The notes under the pieces were generated by a model. The model did no database searches and was not told the origin of the DNA. It was given only the letters and a program-made list of their open reading frames with translations. The translations under genes and the position numbers were made by a program. DNA of 64,000 bases. It comes from Candidatus Latescibacterota bacterium. GTDB lineage: Bacteria; Latescibacterota; UBA2968; UBA8231. This document shows positions 10,691 to 25,415 of this stretch, piece after piece. Every line of letters begins with the position of its first letter. Position 1 is the first letter of the stretch. The stretch is from NCBI GenBank assembly GCA_965243025.1, contig CBDETY010000003.1, positions 3,520,001-3,584,000 on the forward strand. Reading direction: 5' to 3'.

Positions 10691-10873
10691 CGCTGCTTCC
10701 TCCCCTTCGCGCGATTTGCGAGATGTTTCCCCGATGTGATCTCCAGATTGAAACCCGTGGATTGCACGGGCATTCCAAATATAGCGAAGGCGAGCTGGCT
10801 CTTGATAGCAGGTTTCCGACTTTTACCTTGATTTGCATCATGTAACAGAACCTCAACGTTTCCGGAGATTCGA

Positions 10874-11890
10874 ATGACCGAAAGCATGAAGCTCGCCCTG
10901 CTCGGGTGCGGCGCCATATCGCATTTTCACATCGACGGGATCCGCGAAAGCGCCCCGCGCATAGAGATCACCGCGGCAATCGACACGGACGCGGCAAAGG
11001 CGGGGGAAGTCGCCGAAAAGACAGGTGCCGAGATTTTCACCTCCCTGGACGACGCCCTCGACCGCGGCGACTTCGACGCGGTGGACGTCATGCTCCCCCA
11101 CGATCTGCACGAGTGGGCGGCATGCAAGCTGTTCGAAGCCGGCAAGCACGTGCTGCTCGAAAAACCGATGGCCCCGACCCTCGACGCCTGCGACCGCATC
11201 GTGTCGGCAGCCGCCGGCAGCGGCGTCGTTTTCATGGTCGCCGAGAACTCGCAGTACTGGCCGGAGATCGTCGCCGCAAAACGGCTGATCGACGACGGCG
11301 CCATCGGCGACATCCTGACCGCGAGGGCGGCGTTCGTCATGGAGTTCGACGACTACTGGTTCAAGGACGAGAAGCCATGGAGGTACGACAGGAAACGGAC
11401 CGGCGGCGGCATCGCCGTCGACGGCGGCTCCCACTGGATCCGGCCCCTGCGCATGTGGATGGGAGAAGTGGACGAAGTCGTCGCCGTGGTCGACAGGCCC
11501 CTCGAAAGAATGGAAGGGGAATCGCTGGCCCGGGCCCTGCTGCGTTTCGAGTCGGGACGGGTGGCGATGTTCGACGCCATGATGCTCGACGCGGTGCTCG
11601 CTCCGGATTCCTGGTGGCGCATTACCGGCACGCGCGGCGAGATCCTGATCGACGGGGGGTTCGACGGCGGGCTGCGGCTGTTCGACAGCGACCATCGCGA
11701 CGGCAAGCCGGTGATGGAACCGATGGGTTACCCGAAGTCGTTCGGCCCGGAGCTCGACGACTTCTCGAAGGCCGTTCTCGACGGAAAGCAGCCCGAAGCG
11801 GGTCCCGAAATGGCCCTCGGCGAGCTGAGAACCGCGCTGGCGATCTACCGCTCGGCGGCTAGCAACAGGTGGGAAAAAGTGTGGGGCTGA
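10874..11890 (+). CDS. Gfo/Idh/MocA family oxidoreductase
   Basis: GCGAIS Rossmann motif, GKHVLLEKP, GGG..VDGGSH. Confidence 0.93.
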   Translation: MTESMKLALLGCGAISHFHIDGIRESAPRIEITAAIDTDAAKAGEVAEKTGAEIFTSLDDALDRGDFDAVDVMLPHDLHEWAACKLFEAGKHVLLEKPMAPTLDACDRIVSAAAGSGVVFMVAENSQYWPEIVAAKRLIDDGAIGDILTARAAFVMEFDDYWFKDEKPWRYDRKRTGGGIAVDGGSHWIRPLRMWMGEVDEVVAVVDRPLERMEGESLARALLRFESGRVAMFDAMMLDAVLAPDSWWRITGTRGEILIDGGFDGGLRLFDSDHRDGKPVMEPMGYPKSFGPELDDFSKAVLDGKQPEAGPEMALGELRTALAIYRSAASNRWEKVWG

Positions 11891-12088
11891 GCCGGTTCCC
11901 GACTCCTTGCCGGGGTCCCGGCCCCGGGATATATTCGAGCCTCTCTTTCACAGTGCCTCCGCCTTCGGGCGACAACTGAAGCCGCGCCCGAGCCGGCGCT
12001 CATCCCCGGCGCCCGAGGATCCCGGAGGCCGATCTCAAAATTCGCGGGCAGTGGTTGCGCACCGCCCTCACCCGACTCGCCAATCCCG

Positions 12089-14743
<2,655 letters not shown>

Positions 14744-14757
14744 ACAAGGGAGCATCG

Positions 14758-15600
14758 ATGTCCCCTGAGCTGGCTGCCGAACCTGAAGTTTCCTCCGAAC
14801 CTGCAGGGCTTCCAGGTGCTCCGCCTGCAAAGCGGGTGGGGCGGATCATCGCCGTGGCCAACCAGAAAGGAGGCGTCGGCAAGACGACGACGGCTGTGAA
14901 CCTCGCCGCCTGCCTCGCGGTTGCCGAACAGCCGACACTTCTCGTCGACATGGATCCGCAGGCCAACGCGACCAGCGGCTGCGGGGTGGAACCACGCGAG
15001 GTCGAGGGCGCCAACGTATATCACGCCCTGCTCGGCCATCAGTCTGTCAGGGACGTCGTGCGCCCGACGCAGATTTCCCACCTGTCCCTCGTCCCGTCGC
15101 ACATGAACCTGACAGGTGCCGAGGTCGAGATGGTCAGCATGATCGCGCGCGAGCAGAAGCTGCAGACCGCGCTCGCCGAGCTGCAGCAGGAGTACTCCTA
15201 CATCATTCTCGACTGCCCGCCGTCCCTGGGGCTGCTGACTCTCAACTCCCTGACCGCAGCCCACTCCGTTCTCATTCCGATCCAGTGCGAGTACTTCGCC
15301 CTCGAGGGGCTCGGCAAGCTGCTGAATACCATCCGACTGATTCAGCGCCACCTCAACACCGGGCTGCAGATAGCCGGCGTCCTGCTGACCATGTTCGACT
15401 CCCGCCTGAACCTCTCGCGGCAGGTCGCCGACGAGGTTCGTTCCTATTTCGGGGCGAAGGTCTACCGGACCGCGATTACGCGAAACGTGCGCCTGGCCGA
15501 AGCGCCCGGGCACGGACAGCCGATCGTTCTTTACGACATCGTTTCTCCCGGGGCCCAGAACTACATGAGCCTCGCCGGAGAAATCATTCGACATGGCTAA
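14758..15600 (+). CDS. parA: ParA/Soj chromosome partition ATPase
   Basis: ATG 14758 after GGAG; NQKGGVGKTTT, DMDPQANAT, DCPPSLG. Confidence 0.96.
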   Translation: MSPELAAEPEVSSEPAGLPGAPPAKRVGRIIAVANQKGGVGKTTTAVNLAACLAVAEQPTLLVDMDPQANATSGCGVEPREVEGANVYHALLGHQSVRDVVRPTQISHLSLVPSHMNLTGAEVEMVSMIAREQKLQTALAELQQEYSYIILDCPPSLGLLTLNSLTAAHSVLIPIQCEYFALEGLGKLLNTIRLIQRHLNTGLQIAGVLLTMFDSRLNLSRQVADEVRSYFGAKVYRTAITRNVRLAEAPGHGQPIVLYDIVSPGAQNYMSLAGEIIRHG

Positions 15601-16465
15601 GAAGCAGGTGTTGGGAAAAGGCATCCACGCCCTGATCCCCGAATACGGAGAGGCAGGCGCCGAAGGGGACGTCCGGGTCGTTCTGCTTCCCATCGACGAC
15701 ATCGAACCGAACCCCCACCAGCCGCGCCTCGATTTCGACGAGGAGAGCCTGCGCGGCCTGATGCGCTCCATCCAGGAGAAGGGGGTCATCCAGCCCGTCT
15801 CGGTGAACCGTTCCGGCGAGGGGTACCACCTGATCGCCGGGGAACGCCGCTGGCGCGCCGCCAGGATGGCCGGCCTGGAGACGATTCCCGCCATCGTGAA
15901 CGAGATCGACTCCGCCGAGGAGTTGATGGAGCTCTCGCTCATCGAGAACATCCAGCGCGAAGATCTCAATCCGATCGAAGAGGCCCAGGGATACCGCGAG
16001 CTGATGGACACCTGCCTGCTGACCCAGGAGGATATCGCCCGCAAAGTCGGCCGCGACCGCTCGTCCATCGCCAACACCGTACGGCTTCTGAAGCTGCCCG
16101 AGGAGCTGCAGAATTTCCTGCGTTCCGGCCAGTTGCAGATGGGGCACGCCCGGGCCCTGATCCCCCTCGAGCGCGACGACGCCCTCAAGCTCGGACGCCT
16201 CGCCGTCTCCCAGGGCATGACCGTCCGCGATCTCGAGAGCGCCGCCCGCAAGGCCGGTTCCGGACGGCGCCGGCGCCGCGAGCCGGCTGTCAACGGCGAA
16301 CAGCCCGCCGATCCCTTGCTCTCGGCGTACGAAGAGCGGCTTCGCCACTTCTTCGCGACCTCCGTTGGCATCCGGCGCAGCTCGAAGAAGGGGCGCATCG
16401 AAATCGAGTTCTACGACGACGGAGATCTCGAGCGCATCCTCGAGCTGCTCCTGCGCGACGAGTAG
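15593..16465 (+). CDS. parB: ParB/Spo0J partition protein
   Basis: LGKGI, PNPHQPR, IAGERRWRAA, IENIQREDLNPIEEA, HTH. Confidence 0.96.
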   Translation: MAKKQVLGKGIHALIPEYGEAGAEGDVRVVLLPIDDIEPNPHQPRLDFDEESLRGLMRSIQEKGVIQPVSVNRSGEGYHLIAGERRWRAARMAGLETIPAIVNEIDSAEELMELSLIENIQREDLNPIEEAQGYRELMDTCLLTQEDIARKVGRDRSSIANTVRLLKLPEELQNFLRSGQLQMGHARALIPLERDDALKLGRLAVSQGMTVRDLESAARKAGSGRRRRREPAVNGEQPADPLLSAYEERLRHFFATSVGIRRSSKKGRIEIEFYDDGDLERILELLLRDE

Positions 16466-17784
16466 TGCCCGGCGGCCTTCCTCCGCACCGTCTCACCTCC
16501 GGCTGCCAGTTGCCCGCAAGCCTGGGGATGGTGTTGTGGGGAGCTGTTTCCTGCAGCCTCCTCCACCAGGAGCTGCCCAACGAACCCCCGGCCCTCCAGG
16601 TGAGTTCCGCCGACACCACCCGCGTCCGTCGCGGCGGGTCGGTTTCGCTGGAAGTCCGGGCTTCCGACCAGGACGACGATCCGCTGCTGTACTCCTGGAA
16701 CGATTCGGGTGCCGGCAGTTTCAGCGACACCACGAGCCCCGCAACCATCTGGACCGCCCCCCTTTCCATTCAGGGCGGCTCCGAGTTCTTCCGGGTTTCG
16801 GCGACGATCAGCGACCGCCAGCCCGAAACCGATGACATTATCGAGACGTTTCTCATCGAGGTGATCCAGTCTCCTCCCCTGTTGCGGGGGACGGCGACCG
16901 ATACCCTGGTCTCATTCCGGGAGCAGGTAGTGGTTCTCGAGGCAATCGCCGAGGACGAGGAGGGCGATCCCTTGACGTTTGGCTGGCAGCTTGCTGAAGG
17001 ATCCCCCCAAGCCCTGCTCCAGGGCGGAGGGAGGCAGGCGAACTTCATCCCGCTGTTCCCGGAGACCTATACGGTCCTCCTCGAAGTGACCGATGGCGCC
17101 GACACCGTGCGGTCGGAGATTCTGTTGCAGGTAACGGTTCCCGAATTGCCGGAAACCGGCATGGCGGCCCTCGAACTGACGGACGAAGACGGCGCCGCCA
17201 TCCCCTACCAGATCGACCTTTACGAATACCCGAATCGGAAAGGAGAACAGCCGCTGTTGACGAATTCCTGGTTCGAAGCGGCCCGCCTGTGCGCCGATCA
17301 GGGGAAACGGCTCTGCTCTTCGGCGGAGTGGGAGCACGCCTGCAGGGGCCCGGAGGGCCTGTTGTTTTCTTCGACCGACGTGCGGGAGAACCTTCCCGAA
17401 AACTTCGGGCGTCGCTACTGCAACACCGCCGGGTCGGCTACCGCGGGGGATTCACCGGGATTCGAGGACGTCGCTCCCTCCGGTCATTTCCCGAATTGCA
17501 GCAGCTCTGCCGGTGTCTACGACCTCATCGGCAACGCCTTCGAATGGACCATGGATCTCACTGCCCTGTCGGAGCGGCAGGGGAATTTCAGGCTCAGCGG
17601 GGTCGCCACTGATTTCGCTGACTGTACGAATTCAAGCGCGGGCTTCGAGCCTATTCCCGCTGCCGGCGATTTCGACATCTACTCCGAAACGGAGATCGAG
17701 AAGCTGATGCAGGACCGGATCTTCTCCCCCTACGTCCGTGAGGATGGACTGCAACTCGGTTTCCGCTGCTGCCGCGGAGGGTAG
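16465..17784 (+). CDS. Putative lipoprotein with two Ig-like domains and a C-terminal FGE-sulfatase (SUMF1-like) domain
   Basis: Lipobox-like GAVSC, ASDQDDDPLLYSW / AEDEEGDPLTFGW Ig repeats, GKRLCSSAEWEHAC, VYDLIGNAFEW, LGFRCC. Confidence 0.8.
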   Translation: MPGGLPPHRLTSGCQLPASLGMVLWGAVSCSLLHQELPNEPPALQVSSADTTRVRRGGSVSLEVRASDQDDDPLLYSWNDSGAGSFSDTTSPATIWTAPLSIQGGSEFFRVSATISDRQPETDDIIETFLIEVIQSPPLLRGTATDTLVSFREQVVVLEAIAEDEEGDPLTFGWQLAEGSPQALLQGGGRQANFIPLFPETYTVLLEVTDGADTVRSEILLQVTVPELPETGMAALELTDEDGAAIPYQIDLYEYPNRKGEQPLLTNSWFEAARLCADQGKRLCSSAEWEHACRGPEGLLFSSTDVRENLPENFGRRYCNTAGSATAGDSPGFEDVAPSGHFPNCSSSAGVYDLIGNAFEWTMDLTALSERQGNFRLSGVATDFADCTNSSAGFEPIPAAGDFDIYSETEIEKLMQDRIFSPYVREDGLQLGFRCCRGG

Positions 17785-17961
17785 CAGGGAGCGGGCCGGG
17801 CCTTGCATCCCCCGGGCAAGTTCCCCGGGTCCATTTCCCCGCAGCCCTTTCCCGCGAATGCGAAAGAAACCCGAATTCCGCCGATGCCCTGCTCCTGCCG
17901 TTCCCCCCGCCTGCCCATGGTCATTCCATTCGGGCATGCTCTTCCTGCCTCCTGAAGGGCG

Positions 17962-18741
17962 ATGAACGCCGATCTGCTCCGCCAGCTTCTCGATGATGTC
18001 GCCGCGGGCCGGGCAAGCCCTGGCGAAGCGCTTTCGCGGTTGCGGGACCTTCCCTTCGAGGAGGTCGGCGGGTTCGCCCATGTCGATCACCACCGGGCCC
18101 TTCGCCGCGGCTTTCCCGAAACCATCTTCTGCGAGGGAAAGACCGCGGACCAGGTGCTGGAAATTGCCGCACGCATCCTGGCGAAGCGGGCGGTTGTCCT
18201 GGCGACCCGGGTCGACGGCGACCTGGCGCGGGCCATGGCCGAGCGCTTCGACGACGCCGAGGTCGACGCCACGGCCCGCACCGTGGTGGTGCGTCCGCCC
18301 GGGGACCAACCGCTTCCGGAAAAAGGGCTCGTCCTGGTGGTGTCTGCAGGGACTTCCGACATACCGGTCGCCCGCGAAGCCGCGGTGACCGCCTCTGTCA
18401 TGGGGGCCCGCGTCGAGACGATTTTCGACGTCGGCGTCGCCGGCATCCACAGGCTGCTCACCCACGCCGGACGCCTGCGGGAAGCCGAGGTGATCGTCGT
18501 TGCCGCCGGCATGGAAGGCGCGCTGGCCAGCGTCGTCGGCGGGCTGGTGGAGACTCCGGTGATCGCGGTGCCGACGAGCATCGGCTACGGCGCCAGTTTC
18601 CAGGGACTCGCCGCCCTGCTGACGATGCTCAACTCCTGTGCTTCCGGGGTCCTCGTGGTCAACATCGACAACGGCTACGGCGCCGGGTACGCCGCGGCCC
18701 TCATCAACCAGCGATCCTCGAGCCCGGACCGAGGTGGGTGA
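17962..18741 (+). CDS. larB: Nickel-pincer cofactor biosynthesis protein LarB
   Basis: DHHRALRRGFPE, AGTSDIPVA, DVGVAGIHR, AGMEGAL, PTSIGYG, VVNIDNGYGA. Confidence 0.93.
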   Translation: MNADLLRQLLDDVAAGRASPGEALSRLRDLPFEEVGGFAHVDHHRALRRGFPETIFCEGKTADQVLEIAARILAKRAVVLATRVDGDLARAMAERFDDAEVDATARTVVVRPPGDQPLPEKGLVLVVSAGTSDIPVAREAAVTASVMGARVETIFDVGVAGIHRLLTHAGRLREAEVIVVAAGMEGALASVVGGLVETPVIAVPTSIGYGASFQGLAALLTMLNSCASGVLVVNIDNGYGAGYAAALINQRSSSPDRGG

Positions 18742-19402
18742 GAACCGCCCCGCCGCCGCGACCGTGGCCGTCCTGGCCGGAGGGCGCAGCCGCAGGATGG
18801 GCGGCGGCGAGAAAGCCCTGATCCGGCTCGGGGGCGCCACCCTGCTCGAACGGGTCCTGACCGCGGCGCGGCCCCTCGGCCTGCCGGTCCGTGTCGTCGC
18901 CGGAACCGCCCCGTCGCCGCAGCTGCGCGCCGCCGCCGCGGCTGGATCCGACCTTGGGATCGCCGGCGACCGATACCCCGGCCAGGGGCCCCTCGGGGGC
19001 ATTCTCACCGCATTCGAGGTCGACTCGCCGGAGCGGGTCCTCGCCCTCGCCTGCGACCTTCCGTTTCTCACCCCCCCGCTGCTCGAGTTCCTGCTCGAGC
19101 AGTCCCAGGCCGATTGCGACGCCGCGGTTCCCGAGGACCGCACCGGCCTGCAGCCCCTGTGCGCGGTGTACCGCGAAACCTCCCGGCCGCTCCTGCACCG
19201 GTCGCTGGCCGGGGGAAAACTCGGGGTCGGCGCCTTCGCCCGCAGCCTGCGGCTGCGCCTGCTTGGGCCAGGAGATTACGCCCACCTCGACCCTTACGGC
19301 ATGGCCTTCGCCAACGTCAACACGCCGGAAGACCTGGCCGCGGCCGAGCGGTTCCTTGGACGAACGAAGCCGCAGGCGCCCGGGGAAGGGCTCAGAAGCT
19401 GA
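18734..19402 (+). CDS. mobA: Molybdenum cofactor guanylyltransferase (MobA-like)
   Basis: GTG 18734; LAGGRSRRMG...K, GPLGG, ACDLP, QPLCAVY, NVNTPED. Confidence 0.88.
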   Translation: MGENRPAAATVAVLAGGRSRRMGGGEKALIRLGGATLLERVLTAARPLGLPVRVVAGTAPSPQLRAAAAAGSDLGIAGDRYPGQGPLGGILTAFEVDSPERVLALACDLPFLTPPLLEFLLEQSQADCDAAVPEDRTGLQPLCAVYRETSRPLLHRSLAGGKLGVGAFARSLRLRLLGPGDYAHLDPYGMAFANVNTPEDLAAAERFLGRTKPQAPGEGLRS

Positions 19403-20285
19403 CGTCGACGACGGTCAGCAACAGCAGCAGCGGCAGATAGAGCACCGAGGCGCGCAGCAACCGCCGCGCCTCGATGGTGGAGCGGGTGACGTTCAGGGCC
19501 ACCGCCGACGCCAGCATTCCGAGACCGAGGATGAGGGCGCCGGAGAGATACAGCGATCCCGAAAGCCCGAGAAGCACCGGGACGGTGGAGGAGGCGATCA
19601 GCAGGACGGAGAAGGCGACGATGTGCCGGCAGGTCCGCCTGCCGTCCTTCTCGAGGACGGGCAGCATCTTGAAGCCGGCGCGGGCGTAGTCATCCCTGAA
19701 GATCCAGGCGATGGCGTAGAAATGCGGGTGCTGCCAGGCGAACAGGATGGCGAACAGCGCCCAGGCTCCCGGCTCGAGCTCGCCGGCCGCCGCGGTCCAT
19801 CCCCCGACAGGCGGCAGGGCCCCGGGAATCGAGCCCAGCGAGGTGTTCAGCCAGGTCAGCCGTTTCATCGGCGTGTAGATCACGACGTAGAGGAAAGCGG
19901 TCAGCAGAGCGAGAAAGGCGGTAAGCAGGTTGACGGTGTTGATCAGGATGACCAGCCCGGCGAGAATCAGGCACAGGCCGTACGACACGGCCGCCGCCGG
20001 GGTGATCACCCCCAGTGGAAGCGGGCGCGACCGGGTGCGCCGCATCGAGCGGTCTATCTCGCGCTCGAAGTAGTGGTTGAGGACCGCCGAGCCTCCCGCT
20101 GTCAGCGCCGTGCCTAGCAGGGTCAGGGCCAGGAGGGAGGAGGAGTGAATGCCGCGGCCGCCGAGAAAGAAACCGAGGGCGGTCGTCACCAGGACGAGCA
20201 TCGTAATGCGCGGCTTGGTGAGCTCGAGATAGGCTGCGAAACGCTGCAAGGATCTACTTCCGGAATCTGGTTGTTGCGGAGGCAA
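19392..20285 (-). CDS. cyoE: Heme O synthase (protoheme IX farnesyltransferase)
   Basis: LTKPRI, N..FEREID..M.RT..RPL, YTPMKR, WQHPHF...DDY; multiple TM helices. Confidence 0.95.
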   Translation of the reverse strand: MPPQQPDSGSRSLQRFAAYLELTKPRITMLVLVTTALGFFLGGRGIHSSSLLALTLLGTALTAGGSAVLNHYFEREIDRSMRRTRSRPLPLGVITPAAAVSYGLCLILAGLVILINTVNLLTAFLALLTAFLYVVIYTPMKRLTWLNTSLGSIPGALPPVGGWTAAAGELEPGAWALFAILFAWQHPHFYAIAWIFRDDYARAGFKMLPVLEKDGRRTCRHIVAFSVLLIASSTVPVLLGLSGSLYLSGALILGLGMLASAVALNVTRSTIEARRLLRASVLYLPLLLLLTVVDVSF

Positions 20286-20315
20286 ACTTGAACCGGTTGA
20301 AGCGAAGCAGCATAG

Positions 20316-22484
<2,169 letters not shown>

Positions 22485-22568
22485 TCTCTTCGGTCTTCGT
22501 ACCTCTGCCTCGCGGGGAACAGGAACAGGACGCGGCCGCCCGTTCAGGGGGAACCGCGGGACGGGCTC

Positions 22569-24011
22569 TCAGAGAGAGTCGAAGCGCCACCGATCCAGGG
22601 GCACCATGGTCTCGCAGTCCACCTCCACGCCGACGCCGAGTCCGGGGACCTGGAGCGAGCGCAGATCGATACGGCCGCCGCGGATGTCCAGCCGCGTCAT
22701 CCCCCCCTCCCGGCGATACAGCCCGGCGTGCACCTCCTCGCAGCCGGTCCTCTCCGCTTCGCTGAGGTGGTCGAGGCCGCGCACGTAGTGGTGGCCGTTG
22801 CGCTCGACATGGCCGATGCCGAGCGCCGCCACCTGCGCCAGGTCCTGATGAAGCGGCACCACCGGAAGATTCATCAGGTCTTCGGCCGTCATCATGAAGG
22901 GGGCGCCGGAATCCGCGCCGAGCTTGAGGGTCAGGGCCCGGTTGGCGACCGCCTTGATCAGGCCCTTGCAGTTCTTCGCCGAGACCCCGGAGTATCCGAC
23001 TTCGGCTGCGCGCGCAAAAGAGTCGAGGGCGTCGTCGGACTCGTCGATGACGACCGGTTTCAGTGCGGAAAGCGCGCGGATGCCTTCCGCGAGATCCCCA
23101 TCCAGGGCGCGGCCGCGGTCGAGGGGCTGCTCGATGTAGATGACCGACTCGTACAGCCTCCGCAGCCGGTGGTCGCCGCGCATCCCCCTCAGCAGCTCAA
23201 GCAGCTCATCCGGTTTTTCGTACTGCTCGTTGCCATCCAGCGACACGGAGTACCGCCGGTCTCCGGCGAGCACCTCGGCGATCCGCCGCAGGCGCTCGAG
23301 GTCGCTGTCGAGAACCCCGCCGAGCTTGACCTTCAGGTAGCGGATCCCCTCCTCGATGTATTCCTCCAGGGCCTGCGGAAGCCCGTCGTCCAGGCGCTCA
23401 TCCGCGGGTATCTCGCCGGTGCGTATAGGATCGGCCATGCCGACGGTATGGCGGACCGCGGCGAATTCCAGGGGCTTTTCGGGGACCGCCCGGGAAACGG
23501 AGATTCCCCGCAGTTCCCCGTGCAGGGCGGACAGCTCGATCCCGAGGGCATCACTCCGGAGGAGCTGGTGGTAGGGCAGGCCCCGCGCCCTGCCGATGGC
23601 GTCGATCAGGGCTCTCTCGAAGAGGCTGCTGCCGTGTCCGGCGGTGAGCCGGTTGAGCCCGGCGGCGCGCCCCGCCTCCAGGGTTCCCTCGTACCCGTCG
23701 CGCCAGACATCGAAAAGCGAGCGGGGGCGACGGCTTGCTACGCGGTAGGCCTTCTCCGCCGCCCGCGCCATCGCGATCAGGTCGGCGACGTTCTCCCCGT
23801 ACTCCTTTGCCGGATCCTTGTCGAACCACTTCGGAGGCAGGATGTCGGCCGCCCAGCCGCGCGCCGGCGTGCTGTCGCCAAGCTCCGCGGTGACACCCAC
23901 GTGAAGGATCGGCACCGAGACGAGGGTGGCCGCGCCGTACCGGAACGGCATACGGGTGCGCACGTTGCGCATGTAGAAGCGCGCCTCCTTGAGAGCGACC
24001 GCCTCGGCCAT
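22569..24011 (-). CDS. Enolase-superfamily (mandelate racemase-like) protein of unknown substrate
   Basis: ATG 24011; RTRMPFRYG, YLKVKLGG, DGNEQY, IEQP, IDES. Confidence 0.8.
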   Translation of the reverse strand: MAEAVALKEARFYMRNVRTRMPFRYGAATLVSVPILHVGVTAELGDSTPARGWAADILPPKWFDKDPAKEYGENVADLIAMARAAEKAYRVASRRPRSLFDVWRDGYEGTLEAGRAAGLNRLTAGHGSSLFERALIDAIGRARGLPYHQLLRSDALGIELSALHGELRGISVSRAVPEKPLEFAAVRHTVGMADPIRTGEIPADERLDDGLPQALEEYIEEGIRYLKVKLGGVLDSDLERLRRIAEVLAGDRRYSVSLDGNEQYEKPDELLELLRGMRGDHRLRRLYESVIYIEQPLDRGRALDGDLAEGIRALSALKPVVIDESDDALDSFARAAEVGYSGVSAKNCKGLIKAVANRALTLKLGADSGAPFMMTAEDLMNLPVVPLHQDLAQVAALGIGHVERNGHHYVRGLDHLSEAERTGCEEVHAGLYRREGGMTRLDIRGGRIDLRSLQVPGLGVGVEVDCETMVPLDRWRFDSL

Positions 24012-24024
24012 GGAAAGCGCTTCC

Positions 24025-25410
24025 TCAGGCTGCGGGTTGCGGCAGGTCCCGGCCCATGCGGTCGAGGCCGTACCCGAAGCCGGCACCGCGGACCGACGTG
24101 ATGTCGATCTCGCCAGCGCGCCGCCGGTAGACGCCTGGATGCACCGCGGCCTCCGGGTTCGAGGCCTCCGGGTAAAACTGCATGCTGTTGGTCTCGACCC
24201 CCATGATGGTCCCGGCGTGAGCCGCCAGCAGGGCGTGTGGTATCTGGGCGAGCATCGGGTTGGTGAGATCCTGGACCATAAGGGCCATTCCGTGCGCCCG
24301 GGCCCAGCACAGGCTCAGCAGCGCCCCGGTCTGCGTCTTGCAGGTCTTCAGGGCCACTCCCGTCCAACCCAGCTCCCTGCCGCGGCGGACGAGGCGCCAG
24401 TCGTGGGCGCTTTCGTCCATGAACAGGGGCTTGCGCGCGGCGACGCCGTGCACGTCGATGGGGTGCTCCTCGAGATCGTACGGGAACGGCTGCTCGACGT
24501 AGAGAATCATGCCGTAGGTGCGCGGGTGCTCCACCATCAGTCTGTCGAGGATCCCGTTGACGTACTCGGGGTCGCTGACCGTGCAGTTGAAGTCAGCGGA
24601 TAGCCAGAGCGCCCCGCAATCGACGGCTGTCTCACCGACCTTGCGCAGGCGCTCGTAGTCCCAGGCCTCGTCGTTGCCGCGCAGCTTGACCTTCAGGCAG
24701 GTCAGCCCGTCGGTGCGTATCCAGTCCCTGAGCAGTACCGGGTAGCCGTCATCCGGTTCGTCCCCGTTGAGCTCCGACCTGTCCAGCGGATCGAGGCCGC
24801 CGACGAGATGCCAGGCCGGCAGGCGGTTCCGCCGCGGCCGCAGAAAGTCCGCCGGCCAGGTGCCGGCGAAGTCAACACCGGGTGCAGCCGGCTCGAGGAA
24901 AGCGCCGAGGTCGCGGTTCATGAACCCGCCGCGGTAGGTCTCGTAGGAAGGCAGGTCGTGCAGCTTTCCGTAGGCGTCGTGAAGGGCGATGTCGAAGGGT
25001 GAACAGCATACCAGGGCGGCGAGATACGGCAGCTGCTCATCGCGCCCGCGGTTGTGCCTTGCCAGCGCCTTTTGCAGCCCCTCCTCCTGGAAGCGGTGAC
25101 CGATTTCGAGGGGGTGGCCCGAGGCCTGGTAACGCGACCACTCGGAGGCCAGATCGATGCAGAAGCTCTTCAGGGACTGGTGGCGCTCCTCGTACCCCAG
25201 GCGGTCGCTCGGCCAGACCCACTGCACGCTCAGCGGCGTCTCACCCCAGCCGACAGCGGTCTCCCCCCCGGAGCCGGCCACCTCGACCGCCGCCCGCGCG
25301 CAGGTGACGTGGGTCAGGGTCTCGGGGCCGAACTTCAGGGGAACCCGCGTCTCCACCGGCAGGAAATACAGGGATGCCGCCGTTACGCGGGCATCGCGAG
25401 GGTTCGGCAT
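24025..25410 (-). CDS. Enolase-superfamily (MR/MLE-like) protein of unknown substrate
   Basis: ATG 25410; PLKFG, VGWGE, FDIALHDAYG, LKVKL, ADFN, VEQP, MDES. Confidence 0.85.
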   Translation of the reverse strand: MPNPRDARVTAASLYFLPVETRVPLKFGPETLTHVTCARAAVEVAGSGGETAVGWGETPLSVQWVWPSDRLGYEERHQSLKSFCIDLASEWSRYQASGHPLEIGHRFQEEGLQKALARHNRGRDEQLPYLAALVCCSPFDIALHDAYGKLHDLPSYETYRGGFMNRDLGAFLEPAAPGVDFAGTWPADFLRPRRNRLPAWHLVGGLDPLDRSELNGDEPDDGYPVLLRDWIRTDGLTCLKVKLRGNDEAWDYERLRKVGETAVDCGALWLSADFNCTVSDPEYVNGILDRLMVEHPRTYGMILYVEQPFPYDLEEHPIDVHGVAARKPLFMDESAHDWRLVRRGRELGWTGVALKTCKTQTGALLSLCWARAHGMALMVQDLTNPMLAQIPHALLAAHAGTIMGVETNSMQFYPEASNPEAAVHPGVYRRRAGEIDITSVRGAGFGYGLDRMGRDLPQPAA

Positions 25411-25415
25411 GCGTT

